From Vicinamibacteria bacterium (lineage in GTDB: Bacteria > Acidobacteriota > Vicinamibacteria > Vicinamibacterales > JAENWD01): DNA of 64,000 nt. The stretch covers positions 141,127 to 205,126 of the forward strand of contig CAWDZE010000015.1 in NCBI GenBank assembly GCA_963806705.1. The letters run 5' to 3'. Of the stretch, positions 46,834 through 58,754 are shown in pieces. The position numbers and the translations under genes were made by a program. Position 1 is the first letter of the stretch; the number at the start of each line of letters is the position of its first letter. The notes below the pieces were generated by a model, which did not search any database, was not told the DNA's origin, and saw only the letters and a list, made by a program, of their open reading frames with translations.

Positions 46834-47292
46834 TCATTCCCTGGTGTTCAGAAGATCCTTCAACTCGTTCATGAACTCGCCGATGTCACGGAAGTGGCGA
46901 TAGACCGAGGCGAAGCGCACGTAGGCGACCTTGTCGAGGCGCTTGAGCTCTTCCATCACCGCCTGCCCGATCTCGACCGTCGCGATTTCCTTCTCAGGCC
47001 GCTCCTGCAGGCTGGCCTCGACCTTGTCGGCGACGGCCTCGACCTGCGCGACGCTGACGGGGCGCTTCTCGCACGCCTTCAGCAGGCCGGCGATCAGCTT
47101 CTGCCGCTCGAAACGCTCGCGGCTGCCGTCCTTCTTCACGACCATGTACGGGATCTCGTCGATCCGCTCGTAGCTGGTGAAGCGGCGGCCGCACTCCAGG
47201 CACTCGCGGCGGCGCCGGATGACCTCGCCTTCCTTGCTTTCGCGCGAGTCGACGACCTTGTCGCCGAGATGGCCACAATACGGACACTTCAC
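46834..47292 (-). CDS. nrdR: transcriptional repressor NrdR
   Basis: [46 protein letters not shown] is the zinc ribbon, followed by an ATP-cone. GTG start at 47292 forms a GTGA overlap with the upstream gene. Confidence 0.93.
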   Translation of the reverse strand: MKCPYCGHLGDKVVDSRESKEGEVIRRRRECLECGRRFTSYERIDEIPYMVVKKDGSRERFERQKLIAGLLKACEKRPVSVAQVEAVADKVEASLQERPEKEIATVEIGQAVMEELKRLDKVAYVRFASVYRHFRDIGEFMNELKDLLNTRE

Positions 47293-48317
47293 GCTGTGCC
47301 CTCCGCGTCGCTGGTCCGTGCCAGCGCGCCAAGCCGCGACAGGCTCAGCCCTTCCTGAGCCAGCAGGATCAACCCGACGACTGCCACCGGCACAAACGAT
47401 ACCGCGTGCAGCACGATCGCGGCGCCCACGGCGCGATCGTTGGAGGCCGCGAAAAAGGCGGTGGCGCCGAGCCGGTAGAAGTAGTGGAAGCCTCCCACCG
47501 CACCCGGGGTCGGCACGGCGACGCCGACCACCAGGAGCGCCACGAGCAGGAACGAGCCGGTAAACGGCATGTCGATGTGAAATGCCCGCGTGACCAGCCA
47601 GATCCCAAACGCAATCGACAGCCAGAGTGGCAACGACAGGCCGAGGGCGGCCATCAGGCGCGCCGGCTGTCGCACAATCGCGAGCCCTTCGGCAAACCTG
47701 CGGACAAGGCGGCTGGCGCGCTCTGACAGCCGCTGCGGCAGCACCTTCGACAGCCCGAGCGTCAGGCGTTCGAGCGTGCCGGGATGCCCAGCCAGGAAGA
47801 ACAACACCACCAGCGTCAGCGCACAAATTCCCGCGACGAGGGCGCCGCCGAGCTTCACTTGCCGAAACGTCGCGGCGTCGGACGCGCCGACGCCAGGATC
47901 GAACACCAGCAGGTACGACGCAAACAGCAGCACGACCGTGACGGTGTCGAGCAGCCGCTCGATGATGATTGTGGCAAACGTGGCTGTGGCGCTCAGCCCT
48001 TCCTTGCGCGCCAGCAGGTACGGGCGCAGCAACTCGCCGGCGCGCGCCGGCAGCAGCGCCGTGGCGGCAAACCCGATGATTGTGGTCTTGAGGGCGACCG
48101 ACAGGCGTACGCGGCCAATCGGCGCCAGCAGGTACTGCCAGCGCAGCGCGCGGAGCACGTAGGTCAGCGCGGTGACGACAAGCGCCGCGACGACCAGATC
48201 CGCCCGGGCCCGGGCCATCTCCGCGCCGACATCCCGCAGGTTGGTGTTTCGCAGGAAAAGCGCGAGCAGCCCGCCGGCCACGAGCAGTACGATGACCGTC
48301 CGCAGGTGTTGGCGCAT
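47289..48317 (-). CDS. lysylphosphatidylglycerol-synthase-TM-region / flippase-like membrane protein (UPF0104 family)
   Basis: 342 aa and about 8 TM helices. The N-terminal region ([47 protein letters not shown]) is typical of this family. Confidence 0.75.
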   Translation of the reverse strand: MRQHLRTVIVLLVAGGLLALFLRNTNLRDVGAEMARARADLVVAALVVTALTYVLRALRWQYLLAPIGRVRLSVALKTTIIGFAATALLPARAGELLRPYLLARKEGLSATATFATIIIERLLDTVTVVLLFASYLLVFDPGVGASDAATFRQVKLGGALVAGICALTLVVLFFLAGHPGTLERLTLGLSKVLPQRLSERASRLVRRFAEGLAIVRQPARLMAALGLSLPLWLSIAFGIWLVTRAFHIDMPFTGSFLLVALLVVGVAVPTPGAVGGFHYFYRLGATAFFAASNDRAVGAAIVLHAVSFVPVAVVGLILLAQEGLSLSRLGALARTSDAEGTA

Positions 48318-48392
48318 GCAGGGTGGGCCTAACTATAACCCACCGCCTCGCGGCATCTGCTAACATGCAGCGTTTCGCCAAGGAGCCCCGTT

Positions 48393-49292
48393 TTGCCGCT
48401 CGCAATGCCCGTCATCCAGACCGACCTGCCAACCCTGTCGCGCTTTCGCACCGGCAAAGTGCGCGACGTGTACGACCTCGGCGACACGCTGCTGCTGGTC
48501 GCCACCGATCGCATCTCGGCATTCGACTATGTGCTGGGCACCGGCATCCCCGACAAGGGCAAGGTCCTCACGCAGTTGTCGGCCTTCTGGTTCGACAAGC
48601 TGAAGGATGTGGTGCCGAACCACTTCCTGACGCTCGACGTGACCTGCTTTCCCGAGGCGGCGAAGCCCTACGCCGAGGTGCTGCAGGGCCGCACGATGCT
48701 GACCAGGAAGACACGCCCCATCGACATCGAGTGCGTGGCGCGCGGCTACCTGTCCGGATCGGGCTGGAAGGAATATCGCGACAGCGGCACGGTGTGCGGC
48801 ATCAAGCTTCCTGCGGGCCTCAAGGAATCGGACCGTCTGCCCACGCCGATCTTCACGCCGGCAACCAAGGCGGCCACTGGCCACGACATCAACATCGACG
48901 AAGCCGAGGCCACACGCCTGCTCGGAGACGCCGCGCTCTTTGCGCGCCTGCGTGGGCTCACGCTCGAGCTGTACACCCGGGCCTCGGCCCATGCCGAGTC
49001 GTGCGGGATCATCCTGGCCGACACGAAATTCGAGTTCGGCTTCGACGGCAGCACGCTGCTCCTCATCGACGAAGCACTCACCCCCGACTCGTCGCGCTTC
49101 TGGCCAGCTGACCAGTACGTTGCCGGCGGCCCCCAGCCGAGCTTCGACAAGCAGTTCGTCCGCGACTATCTCGAATCGATTCGCTGGGACAAGCAGCCTC
49201 CCGTGCCGTCGCTGCCCGACGATGTCGTCGCCCGGACGCGGGACAAGTACCTGGACGCGTTTGCCCGGCTCACGGGCCGCCAGTTGGCGTAG
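48393..49292 (+). CDS. purC: phosphoribosylaminoimidazole-succinocarboxamide synthase
   Basis: [37 protein letters not shown] and [13 protein letters not shown] start at 48393 lies 7 nt after AGGAG (48381..48385). An alternative start is ATG 48405. Confidence 0.92.
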   Translation: MPLAMPVIQTDLPTLSRFRTGKVRDVYDLGDTLLLVATDRISAFDYVLGTGIPDKGKVLTQLSAFWFDKLKDVVPNHFLTLDVTCFPEAAKPYAEVLQGRTMLTRKTRPIDIECVARGYLSGSGWKEYRDSGTVCGIKLPAGLKESDRLPTPIFTPATKAATGHDINIDEAEATRLLGDAALFARLRGLTLELYTRASAHAESCGIILADTKFEFGFDGSTLLLIDEALTPDSSRFWPADQYVAGGPQPSFDKQFVRDYLESIRWDKQPPVPSLPDDVVARTRDKYLDAFARLTGRQLA

Positions 49293-49298
49293 GCAGTC

Positions 49299-49508
49299 GT
49301 GCGAGAACTGCTGCTGCGGCTGGTGGATCAGATGGTGGACGGCGGCATCCATTTCGAGGACGGCCGCCGGGAGTTCGAGCGGCGTTTCATCGAACGCGCG
49401 CTGGCCGATTCCGACGGGCATCTGTCGGAAACGGCGGCGAAACTCGGCATCCATCGGAACACGTTGGCCCGCAAAATGGCCGAGCTTCGCATCAAACGGC
49501 CCCGCTAG
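49299..49508 (+). CDS. small Fis-family HTH DNA-binding protein
   Basis: 69 aa. The C-terminal GHLSETAAKLGIHRNTLARKMAEL is the Fis/NtrC-type HTH_8 motif. GTG start lies 7 nt after the purC stop. Confidence 0.7.
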   Translation: MRELLLRLVDQMVDGGIHFEDGRREFERRFIERALADSDGHLSETAAKLGIHRNTLARKMAELRIKRPR

Positions 49509-49525
49509 CCCCACCGCCTTCGAGG

Positions 49526-49554
49526 TTGACAGCGCCTCGCCGGCCTTCTAGAAT
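49526..49554 (+). promoter_or_regulatory. sigma-70 type promoter of groESL
   Basis: TTGACA (49526..49531), a 17-nt spacer, then TAGAAT (49549..49554). It directly abuts the CIRCE operator. Confidence 0.75.
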
Positions 49555-49580
49555 TAGCAGTCGACCGAGCCGAGTGCTAG
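49554..49580 (+). promoter_or_regulatory. CIRCE operator (HrcA binding site)
   Basis: TTAGCAGTC-N9-GAGTGCTAG against the consensus TTAGCACTC-N9-GAGTGCTAA (two mismatches). It lies about 120 nt upstream of the groES ATG. Confidence 0.85.
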
Positions 49581-49701
49581 CAGCCGACGACCTCGGTTGC
49601 TCGAGCTGGGCCGGATGACACCACCGCCGCAACGACGGGACGTCACGGATTACCACGTTTTTACCCACTTTCAGACGCAGGTTCGAGACGGAGTGCACAC
49701 A

Positions 49702-50014
49702 ATGGCCACAACGAAGGTCGCAGTAAAGGTCCGACCGCTTCACGACCGGATCATCGTCCAGCGCATCGACGAAGGCGAACAGAAGGTTGGCGGCATCATC
49801 ATCCCCGACACCGCCAAGGAAAAGCCGCAGCAGGGCAAAGTGATCGCCGTGGGCGCCGGCAAGCAGAACGACGAAGGCAAGCGCATCGCCCTCGACGTCA
49901 AGGAAGGCGACAGGATCCTCTTCGGCAAGTACCTCGGGCCAGGAAATCAAGCTCGAAGGCGACGACCTGCTCATCATGCGTGAGGACGAAGTCCTCGCCA
50001 TCCTCGACAAGTAG
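49702..50014 (+). pseudogene. groES: co-chaperonin GroES with an apparent 1-nt insertion (frame break near 49932-49933)
   Basis: [54 protein letters not shown]...ILFGKY reads in one frame. The conserved C-terminus [26 protein letters not shown] reads in the next frame and ends at TAG 50012..50014. The span is 313 nt, not a multiple of 3. The annotated frame instead stops at 49983. Confidence 0.85.
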
Positions 50015-50042
50015 CCTTTTCGATTCCGTTTTCAGGAGCTAG

Positions 50043-51671
<1,629 letters not shown>

Positions 51672-51700
51672 GTCGCAGGTTCGGCTGTTCGGAAACACGA

Positions 51701-51738
51701 AGGGCCTGGCGGGGCAACCTGCCAGGCCCTTTCGTTTG
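51701..51738. terminator. bidirectional intrinsic terminator between groEL and tonB
   Basis: Perfect 10-bp stem AGGGCCTGGC/GCCAGGCCCT (51701..51710 and 51721..51730), with further inner pairs, followed by TTCGTTTG. On the other strand the same hairpin follows the tonB stop and is followed by TCGTGTTTCC. Confidence 0.75.
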
Positions 51739-51739
51739 T

Positions 51740-52642
51740 CTAGCGGAGCGTAAACGTCAACTCGATCGTCACCAGCACCGCTACCGGCTGGCCGAGCCGA
51801 CGGCCCGGAATGAAGCGCCACCGCTTGGCGGCCTTCAGCGCTTCCTGGTCGAGGCCGAACACCGAGTCGAGCGACTTGGTGATGTTCGCTTCCCCGACAG
51901 TGCCGTCAGGCATCACGACGCATTCCACCCACACAGTGCCCTGCACCTTGGCGCGCATCGCGTCGGCGGTGTACTGAGGACGGATTTCCTGAATCACGCG
52001 AGGGAGCTCGACGCCGTTGCCGGGGCGATAAACGCCGCCGCCGGTGCCTCCTCCAGTGCCGTCTCCCAGCCCCGAGCCACGGCCTGGCCCGATACCGGTG
52101 CCCTGCCCGGTCCCGCCGCCACCCTCGCTGCCCGTGCCCTGGGAGGTCATCGAGGCTGCCATGGCGTCGAGCAGGCCTGGGTTCATCTGCACGGTGTCGC
52201 CCAGCGTCTTGGCTGGGATGTTCATCATCGGATCGGGCGGCTCTTCAGGCTTCGGTTGCGGCTTCGGCGTCTCGGGCCGCGTAACCGGCACGCTGATCGC
52301 CTGCTTCCCCGGCACTTCCGCCTTCTTGGGCGGTTCGGGCATCTTGTTGCCGCCGCCGCCACCGCCGCCGCCAGGACCCGGCTCCTGGAGCCAGACGATG
52401 TTGCTGGGCAGGCGATCGTCTCGCGGCGAGATGGCTGAAGGCATCGGGCCATACGTGGCGATGAACACTGCGATCGCGAAGAAGATGATGTGCGTGGCGA
52501 TGGACGCGCCCACGCCGACGCCGGACCGCGGACGCTCGAAAGAGAACGTCAACTCGGGCGGATGAAGACCCTTGAGCACCGTCAGGTGCCCGGCATCGGG
52601 GTTGACCGACGGGTTCTCGGCGTTCTCGGTCGTTTCAGCCAT
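51740..52642 (-). CDS. tonB: energy transducer TonB family protein
   Basis: N-terminal TM anchor (ASIATHIIFFAIAVFIATY), a Pro/Lys-rich then Gly-rich linker, and the C-terminal TonB_C domain (PQYTADAMRAKVQGTVWVECVVMPDGTVGEANITKSLD...). Confidence 0.85.
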   Translation of the reverse strand: MAETTENAENPSVNPDAGHLTVLKGLHPPELTFSFERPRSGVGVGASIATHIIFFAIAVFIATYGPMPSAISPRDDRLPSNIVWLQEPGPGGGGGGGGNKMPEPPKKAEVPGKQAISVPVTRPETPKPQPKPEEPPDPMMNIPAKTLGDTVQMNPGLLDAMAASMTSQGTGSEGGGGTGQGTGIGPGRGSGLGDGTGGGTGGGVYRPGNGVELPRVIQEIRPQYTADAMRAKVQGTVWVECVVMPDGTVGEANITKSLDSVFGLDQEALKAAKRWRFIPGRRLGQPVAVLVTIELTFTLR

Positions 52643-52772
52643 CGATCACGTTCCCACGCATTGTGCCACGACTGGCCCGGACAAGGCGATGCAAGAGCGC
52701 TGCCCGTCACAGGCGATCGCTTGTCGCTTCCTCTAGAGGTATCGGTCGCAACGTGTCCTCATCACGGGACAC

Positions 52773-53741
52773 TCAATAGTTAGACGCCGGACGGGCCCCG
52801 GCAGACGCGTTGGCGGCGGCAGCCCGCGCGAAATACCCCTTGCGCGCGCGGATGCGCAGGCCGGGCTTGTTGACGCGCACGTCAATGCGGCGCCAGCCGC
52901 CCGCACCAGCCGGCTTCGCGTAGCCGAGCAGATACTGGTTTCGAAGCTCCATGGTGATCTCAGCGGCTGCCGCCTCGGCCCGCTCGTGGTCACGAGCCTG
53001 GAGCACGCGACCGCCCGAGAGCGCCGCAAGCTCGGTCAGCAGGGGCGAAATCGACGACGCGATGGCCACCGGATAGATCAGCACCTCGGCGCGTCGCACG
53101 TGGTCGAGGACGTCGGCCCGGTCGCGTTGCGCCTCCTTCTCCACGCCATCCGACCAGAGAACGACAGCTCGCCGTCCGCGCTGCTCGCCGAGCGCGTCGA
53201 CGGCCTGCACCACGGTATCGCCGATGGGCGAGCTTCCCCAGAGCGCCACGCGGTCCAGCGCCTGCCGCGCGGACTCTCGAGGGGCGTCCAAGGCGGACAC
53301 GGTTTCGACACCGCCCCCGATGGCCAGGATCATGAGGCGGTCGCGTGCCCGGAGCTGGTCGGCGAGCCGTCGGGCCCCTGCCCGGGCCGTATCGAGACCC
53401 TTGGCTGTCATGCTGAAGCTGCGGTCGAGGACAATCGCGACGGTCAGCGGGAACTCGCCAGCGGCAAACACGCTTACGGGCTGCTCCACGCCATCTTCCA
53501 GGACGGTGAAGGCCTCGGCGGTCAATCCCGCGGCCGGTTGCCCCTTTTGATCGGTGACGGTGGCGTGCACCTCGACCACTTCGGTGGTCGCCGCAAACTG
53601 AGCGCCCAGCAGCGACGAACTACCCACCACGACAGCCAGAATCTCCAGCCCCAGGCGCAGACCGCCTCGAGGAAACGCTCCCGAGCCCGCGGAAATGGCC
53701 GAGGTGCTACAATCAGCGTGTCGGCGGCCGCGCGGCGCCAT
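52773..53741 (-). CDS. VWA domain protein (VWFA-related acidobacterial-type domain)
   Basis: [37 protein letters not shown], then the VWA core ([13 protein letters not shown]...) and C-terminal [34 protein letters not shown]. Start set at ATG 53741, because ORF codons upstream of it overlap tatA on the other strand. Confidence 0.75.
   Translation of the reverse strand: MAPRGRRHADCSTSAISAGSGAFPRGGLRLGLEILAVVVGSSSLLGAQFAATTEVVEVHATVTDQKGQPAAGLTAEAFTVLEDGVEQPVSVFAAGEFPLTVAIVLDRSFSMTAKGLDTARAGARRLADQLRARDRLMILAIGGGVETVSALDAPRESARQALDRVALWGSSPIGDTVVQAVDALGEQRGRRAVVLWSDGVEKEAQRDRADVLDHVRRAEVLIYPVAIASSISPLLTELAALSGGRVLQARDHERAEAAAAEITMELRNQYLLGYAKPAGAGGWRRIDVRVNKPGLRIRARKGYFARAAAANASAGARPASNY
53705..53713 (+). 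promoter_or_regulatory. possible extended -10 promoter for tatA
   Basis: TGcTACAAT, about 65 nt upstream of the tatA ATG. No good -35 element is present. Confidence 0.3.
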
Positions 53742-53778
53742 GGTCGAGGCGCCGCAGGTCCCCGCGAGGAGTGCTTCC

Positions 53779-53940
53779 ATGTTCGGGCGTCTTGGAATAC
53801 CGGAACTCGTCATCATCCTCGTGATCATTATCTTGATCTTCGGGGCCAACCGCCTGCCCGAGATCGGCCGCGGCATCGGCAAAGGCATCAAGAATTTCAA
53901 GGAAGCCACCAACAAGGGCGCCAACGACGACAACGCCTGA
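53779..53940 (+). CDS. tatA: twin-arginine translocase subunit TatA/E
   Basis: [48 protein letters not shown] lies 8 nt upstream of the ATG. Confidence 0.92.
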   Translation: MFGRLGIPELVIILVIIILIFGANRLPEIGRGIGKGIKNFKEATNKGANDDNA

Positions 53941-53952
53941 GGCGCCCTTCGC

Positions 53953-55872
53953 TCACAAGACGACGCGGCTGTCTCCCACCCGCCGCGTCACGCGTTCCCT
54001 ATCCAGATACTCCAGCAGCGGGATCGCGTATTTCCGCGTCAGCCCGTATCGGTCCTTGAATCCGGCGACGTCCACGTGCGCCGGCCCGGCCTGCTTGAGC
54101 GCCACGACATCGGCCTTCAGCCGCGCGAGCGCGTCGCGATGGAAGATGAACGTGTCGATTCGCACCAGGACCTGCTGACGTATCAGCAGCTGCGTGATCC
54201 GCGCGACCAGCGCTGATGACAGCCCGGTGCGTGTGGCCAGAGCGTCGGCGTCCGGCGGCGTCAGGCCCGCGCCTTCGTAAGCGGCCGCCAGGGCAGACCG
54301 CGCCGCCATCTCTTCGGCCGTGAGCGTCACACCGCGGCCCTCGAGGGCGAGGCGCTCGCGCCCGCGAACTCGCCCCTCGGCGCCCAGCTGGTCGAGGACG
54401 GCGGCCGCCACGTCGGGATGCGCTCGTGCCAGCACCCGTTCGCGCACCTCTTCGCGCGGCATGCCGTCGGACAGAGGCTGCGCGTCGTGATGCGCTGAAA
54501 GCGCGGCAGTCACCGCACCGGCCAGCCCCGACCGCCACTTCGCCGACAACAGGCGATCGCCGACCCGCCAGACATCGTCGCGCGCCTGGAGCCGTTCTAT
54601 CGCCAGCCGCCCCGCGGAGGAGTGCGCGCCCCCGCGTGCCGTGAGTTCCTTCACAGTCACGCCGCCGGCCGCGGTGTCTTCGACGAAGATCCACAGGGCC
54701 TCTTCTTCGCCCGAGCCTGAATCGAGCGGCGCGACGAGCCGCTGAAGCCGATCGCGTGTGGCGGCGGCCCGGACGCCCGCACGCGGTGGCGCCGGATCGA
54801 GCACGCGTCCCCCGGCGATCGTGACGGCTGGCGAGTAGCTCCGGAGCACGAAGCGGTCCCCGCGCGTCACGGCAGCCGCCGTCTCGAGTCTGAGTCGAGC
54901 CAGGCCCGGGCGACCTGCCGCTATCGCCGGCGCGACGCCGGCGACAGGGGGCCCCACCGTCGAGACACGCGCGAGGATTTCGGCGGTGCCGTGGTGGAAT
55001 CGCACGCGCGCACCGTGTTTCAGGGCCAGTGCCGAGGGCAACACGGTGATGACGACGTCGATGGCCGAGGTTGCCGTCAAGGTCCGCGGCATCACCAGCG
55101 TCTGTCCGCGCACGAGGTCGGCCACCTCGACGCCGGCCAGGTTTACTGCCACCCGCTCGCCCGCGACCGCCGCTTGCCGGCGCGCGCCGTGAACCTGCAC
55201 GCCCCGGACTTTCACATCAAGGCCACCAGGCACCACCTCCAGCGCGTCGTCGACGGCAAGCCGTCCGCCAGTGAGCGTGCCCGTGGCCACGGTGCCAAAG
55301 CCTCTCATCGAGAACACCCGGTCCACCGGCAGGCGCGTGGCTCCTTCCGTATCCCGGAGCGGAACGGCCGCGGCGAGTGACGCGAGCGCGTCTTTCAAGG
55401 CGTCGATGCCCACGCCTGTCGTCGCGGAGACGGGGATGACAGGGGCGTTTGACAACCCCGTGCCGGCCACCAACGCGGCGATGTCGAGCTGCACGAGGTC
55501 GAGCATTTCGGGATCGACCAGGTCGGCCTTGGTCATCGCGATGACCCCGCGCGGTACCGCCAGCAAACGGCAGATGTCGAGGTGCTCCCGCGTCTGCGGC
55601 ATCACGCCCTCGTCGGCGGCGACGACCAGCAGCACGGCGTCGATGCCGCCCACGCCGGCGAGCATGTTCTTGACGAACCGTTCATGGCCCGGGACGTCCA
55701 CAAAAGCGACGTTCAAATCGCCGCGCTGCCAGTGGGCGAAGCCGAGATCGATGGTGATCCCGCGGGCCTTCTCTTCCTTGAGGCGATCGGGGTCGGTTCC
55801 GGTCAACGCCATGACCAGCGTGCTCTTGCCATGGTCGATGTGACCGGCCGTGCCGACGACGAGATGGCTCAC
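53953..55872 (-). CDS. selB: selenocysteine-specific translation elongation factor SelB
   Basis: [29 protein letters not shown] and TKADLV form the GTPase domain. Long C-terminal winged-helix repeats end in [30 protein letters not shown]. Confidence 0.9.
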   Translation of the reverse strand: MSHLVVGTAGHIDHGKSTLVMALTGTDPDRLKEEKARGITIDLGFAHWQRGDLNVAFVDVPGHERFVKNMLAGVGGIDAVLLVVAADEGVMPQTREHLDICRLLAVPRGVIAMTKADLVDPEMLDLVQLDIAALVAGTGLSNAPVIPVSATTGVGIDALKDALASLAAAVPLRDTEGATRLPVDRVFSMRGFGTVATGTLTGGRLAVDDALEVVPGGLDVKVRGVQVHGARRQAAVAGERVAVNLAGVEVADLVRGQTLVMPRTLTATSAIDVVITVLPSALALKHGARVRFHHGTAEILARVSTVGPPVAGVAPAIAAGRPGLARLRLETAAAVTRGDRFVLRSYSPAVTIAGGRVLDPAPPRAGVRAAATRDRLQRLVAPLDSGSGEEEALWIFVEDTAAGGVTVKELTARGGAHSSAGRLAIERLQARDDVWRVGDRLLSAKWRSGLAGAVTAALSAHHDAQPLSDGMPREEVRERVLARAHPDVAAAVLDQLGAEGRVRGRERLALEGRGVTLTAEEMAARSALAAAYEGAGLTPPDADALATRTGLSSALVARITQLLIRQQVLVRIDTFIFHRDALARLKADVVALKQAGPAHVDVAGFKDRYGLTRKYAIPLLEYLDRERVTRRVGDSRVVL

Positions 55873-55879
55873 GAGCCGC

Positions 55880-58150
55880 TCACTTCCCGCGGCCGCGCGC
55901 CGCTTTCTTCGCTGCGCGCTCGCGCTTGCCTGGCCGCGACTTGCTCTTCGCCCGCGGCTGTTCCGCCTTCGGCCTCGCCTTGCTCTTTCGCGGAGCGCGC
56001 CGCTGCTCTTCCTCGCGGATGACGTCGAGAATTTCGGTGAGCCCGAGGTCGATCTGCCGTCGGTCGAGGTCCACGCGAATCAGCTGCACGCGTACCTTGT
56101 CGCCGAGCCTGTAGACCTTGTGCGTGTTCTCGCCGTGCAGCGTGTGGCTGCTGTCGAGATACCGGTAGTAGTCGTCGGCCATGGAGGAGATGTGCACGAG
56201 CCCCTCGACGAAGTGCTCGACCAGTTCGACGAACAACCCGAAAGCGGCCACCCCCGTGACATAGCCGTCGAACTCGTCGCCGACCTTGTCGGCCATGAAC
56301 CGCACCTTCCGCCACTGCAGCAGTTCCCGCTCGGCGTCGTCGGCGCGCCGCTCGCGCTCGGACGTGTGGCGCGCGACCTCCGGCAGTTCCTCGTCGATCT
56401 CTTCGCGACGCGCCTCGTCGATGGCGCCCCGGCGGTGCGCGCGCAGAAGACGGTGCACCACCAGGTCGGGATAGCGGCGAATCGGCGAGGTGAAGTGCGT
56501 GTAGCTGGACGCGGCCAGGCCGAAGTGGCCCTGGTTGTCGGGGGCATAGCGCGCCTTCTGCATGGTCTTGAGCATCAGGAACGCCACAGGCCGCTCCTCG
56601 GGCCTGCCGGTGATCTTTTCGATGAGGCGCTGAAAATGCCTTGGGCGGAGGGCATTGAGCGGTGCGCCGAGCGAATGGCCGAATCCTGCGATGAACTCTT
56701 CGAATTGCTCGACCTTCAGCAGGTCCGGCTCTTCGTGAATGCGATACAGCCCGGGCCCACCCTTCTCCTCGAGGAAGTCGGCCACGGTCTCGTTGGCCAG
56801 CAGCATGAACTCCTCGATCAGGCGGTGCGCGACGTTGCGCTCGGCGATGATGATGTTCTCGATGCGACCCGACTCGTCCATCAGGACTTCGGCCTGCGGC
56901 AGGTCGAAGTCCACCGATCCGCGCCGTCGACGGCGGCCGTTGAGGGCGGCAAACAGCTCGTGCATGAGATCGAACAGCGGCACCAGCGGCGCGTACTTCG
57001 TGCGTGTCGCGGCGGCGCGGGCCATCAGGATCGCATTCACGTCAGTGTAGGTCATCCGCTCGTTGCTGTTGATGACCCCGTCGTGAAATTCCACGCGGAC
57101 CACATCGCCGTTGCGAGAGACCTCCATCAGGCAGGACTGCACCAGCCGATCCACGTGCGGTTTGAGCGAGCACAGCCCCGTCGCAAGCTCCGCCGGGAAC
57201 ATGTGGATCGCCCGTTCCGGGAAGTAGACCGACGTGCCACGCTCGTACGCCTCGGCATCGAGCGCACTGCCCTCCTCGACGTAGTGCGAGACGTCGGCGA
57301 TATGCACCCCGAGCCAGTAATGTCCGTTGGCCAGCCGCTCCAGCGTGATCGCGTCGTCGAAGTCGCGCGCGTGCTCGCCGTCGATGGTGACCGTCAGCTG
57401 CGATCTGAAGTCCGTCCGGCCCTCGATGTCGGCTGCCTTGACCGATGCGCCGAGCGCCGCGGCCTCGGCGATCGCGTCGTCGCCGTGGGCGTCGGGCAGC
57501 GCGTGCTTGCGGATGATGATGCGCGTATCGACGCCGGGCGTGTCGACGGGGCCCAGCACCTCGACCACGCGGCCCAGCGGAGGCCGCGTCGCGGTGGGCC
57601 ACCGGGTGAGCTCGACGACCACCATGTCGCCGGCTTCGGCGTCGCGCCGCTCCTCCGATGGCACCTGCACATCGGCGAGGACACGGCGATCGAACGGCAC
57701 GACAAAGCCCATCGACCTGTCGTCGACTTCGTAGCGGCCGACAATTGTCGCATTGGCCCGCTCGAGAATACGGATGATGCGGCCCTCGGCGCGATCGCCC
57801 CGCTGATGCTCGACCCGGGCGACCACTCGATCGCCGTGCAGCGCTTCCTTGACGTTGGTGGGCGCGATGTAGAGGTCGCCGCCGTCGCGCTCGGTGTCGG
57901 CGATGACGAAGCCGTAGCCGGCCTGGTGCATCTGGAGCCGGCCCACGACGACGTCCATGTGATCGGCAAGGCCGAAGCGGTTGCCACGGATCTGCAGGAG
58001 ATCGCCGTCGGAGACCAACGCCTTCAGCAGCCGCCGGAACCCCGGACGTTCAGTGCGCGGGACGCGGAGAATCTGGAGGAGCTCACGGCTGGTCGCCGGG
58101 TGATGGACGTTCTCCCGGATCTGCCGCAGCACCTGCTCGCGCGAGAGCAT
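55880..58150 (-). CDS. rnr: ribonuclease R
   Basis: Cold-shock-like N-terminal domains, an RNB catalytic domain (DGEHARDFDDA...), an S1 domain, and a Lys/Arg-rich C-terminal tail. Confidence 0.93.
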   Translation of the reverse strand: MLSREQVLRQIRENVHHPATSRELLQILRVPRTERPGFRRLLKALVSDGDLLQIRGNRFGLADHMDVVVGRLQMHQAGYGFVIADTERDGGDLYIAPTNVKEALHGDRVVARVEHQRGDRAEGRIIRILERANATIVGRYEVDDRSMGFVVPFDRRVLADVQVPSEERRDAEAGDMVVVELTRWPTATRPPLGRVVEVLGPVDTPGVDTRIIIRKHALPDAHGDDAIAEAAALGASVKAADIEGRTDFRSQLTVTIDGEHARDFDDAITLERLANGHYWLGVHIADVSHYVEEGSALDAEAYERGTSVYFPERAIHMFPAELATGLCSLKPHVDRLVQSCLMEVSRNGDVVRVEFHDGVINSNERMTYTDVNAILMARAAATRTKYAPLVPLFDLMHELFAALNGRRRRRGSVDFDLPQAEVLMDESGRIENIIIAERNVAHRLIEEFMLLANETVADFLEEKGGPGLYRIHEEPDLLKVEQFEEFIAGFGHSLGAPLNALRPRHFQRLIEKITGRPEERPVAFLMLKTMQKARYAPDNQGHFGLAASSYTHFTSPIRRYPDLVVHRLLRAHRRGAIDEARREEIDEELPEVARHTSERERRADDAERELLQWRKVRFMADKVGDEFDGYVTGVAAFGLFVELVEHFVEGLVHISSMADDYYRYLDSSHTLHGENTHKVYRLGDKVRVQLIRVDLDRRQIDLGLTEILDVIREEEQRRAPRKSKARPKAEQPRAKSKSRPGKRERAAKKAARGRGK

Positions 58151-58322
58151 GCCCGGCCACTATACCGCGAGCGGTTGCCTACGCCGCGCGCACAGGCACG
58201 GGTCGCGGTCGCTCTCCATCACGTGCGCAGTCGAGGACGTGCAACAGCGAGCGCGCCGACACTTGTGCGAGCTCGAGGTACTCACACTGCTCGTCATCGA
58301 GTCGCGTCGGCAAGTTACGGGG

Positions 58323-58754
58323 CTATCGGCCAGGCCCGCCAAGCGCGGTGGCGGTCCGGTCGAGCAGCGCCAGGGCCTCGCCGGCCTTCCCCGCCGAGCC
58401 CTGATCGAGCTTGGCCGCCATGCCGCGGGCTTCGGTCAGGACCTGGGACGCGTTGGCAGCCTGCGCCGCCAGTTCCGGGAGTCCGTCTCGCTCGAGGCTC
58501 TTGGCCGCGGCGTCGGCTCCGGCCCGAGCCGACTCGAACAGGCCCGCCGCCTCGCCGAAATTCAGCCGGGTGAGCGCCATCTGCCCGGAGAGTGTCAGCC
58601 GGCGGGATTCACTCAACGCCGCCTGCCGCTCGACGACCGCCAGACGGTCCTGGGCCGCCCACCGGCCACGGGCGCCCCAGAGATAGCCGGCGCCGAGCAC
58701 CGTTATGGCAATCAGGCACGCCAGTCCCGCCATTTTGACTTGCTGCATGGTCAT
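58323..58754 (-). CDS. hypothetical membrane-anchored protein
   Basis: N-terminal TM helix (AGLACLIAITVLGAGYLW), then an Ala-rich helical domain. ATGA overlap with the upstream glycerate kinase gene. Confidence 0.55.
   Translation of the reverse strand: MTMQQVKMAGLACLIAITVLGAGYLWGARGRWAAQDRLAVVERQAALSESRRLTLSGQMALTRLNFGEAAGLFESARAGADAAAKSLERDGLPELAAQAANASQVLTEARGMAAKLDQGSAGKAGEALALLDRTATALGGPGR

Noticed and set aside
48309-48344. Hairpin GGTGGG...CCCACC enclosing TATAAC, and a TTGGCG -35-like box, upstream of purC as a promoter or attenuator.
   Set aside because: The -35/-10 spacing would be 19 nt and the match is weak. It cannot be distinguished from chance by eye.
52651-52668. TGGCAC on the minus strand upstream of tonB as a sigma-54 promoter.
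   Set aside because: The sequence is TGGCACAATGCGTGGG. The -12 position reads GG rather than GC, and there is no TTGC element.
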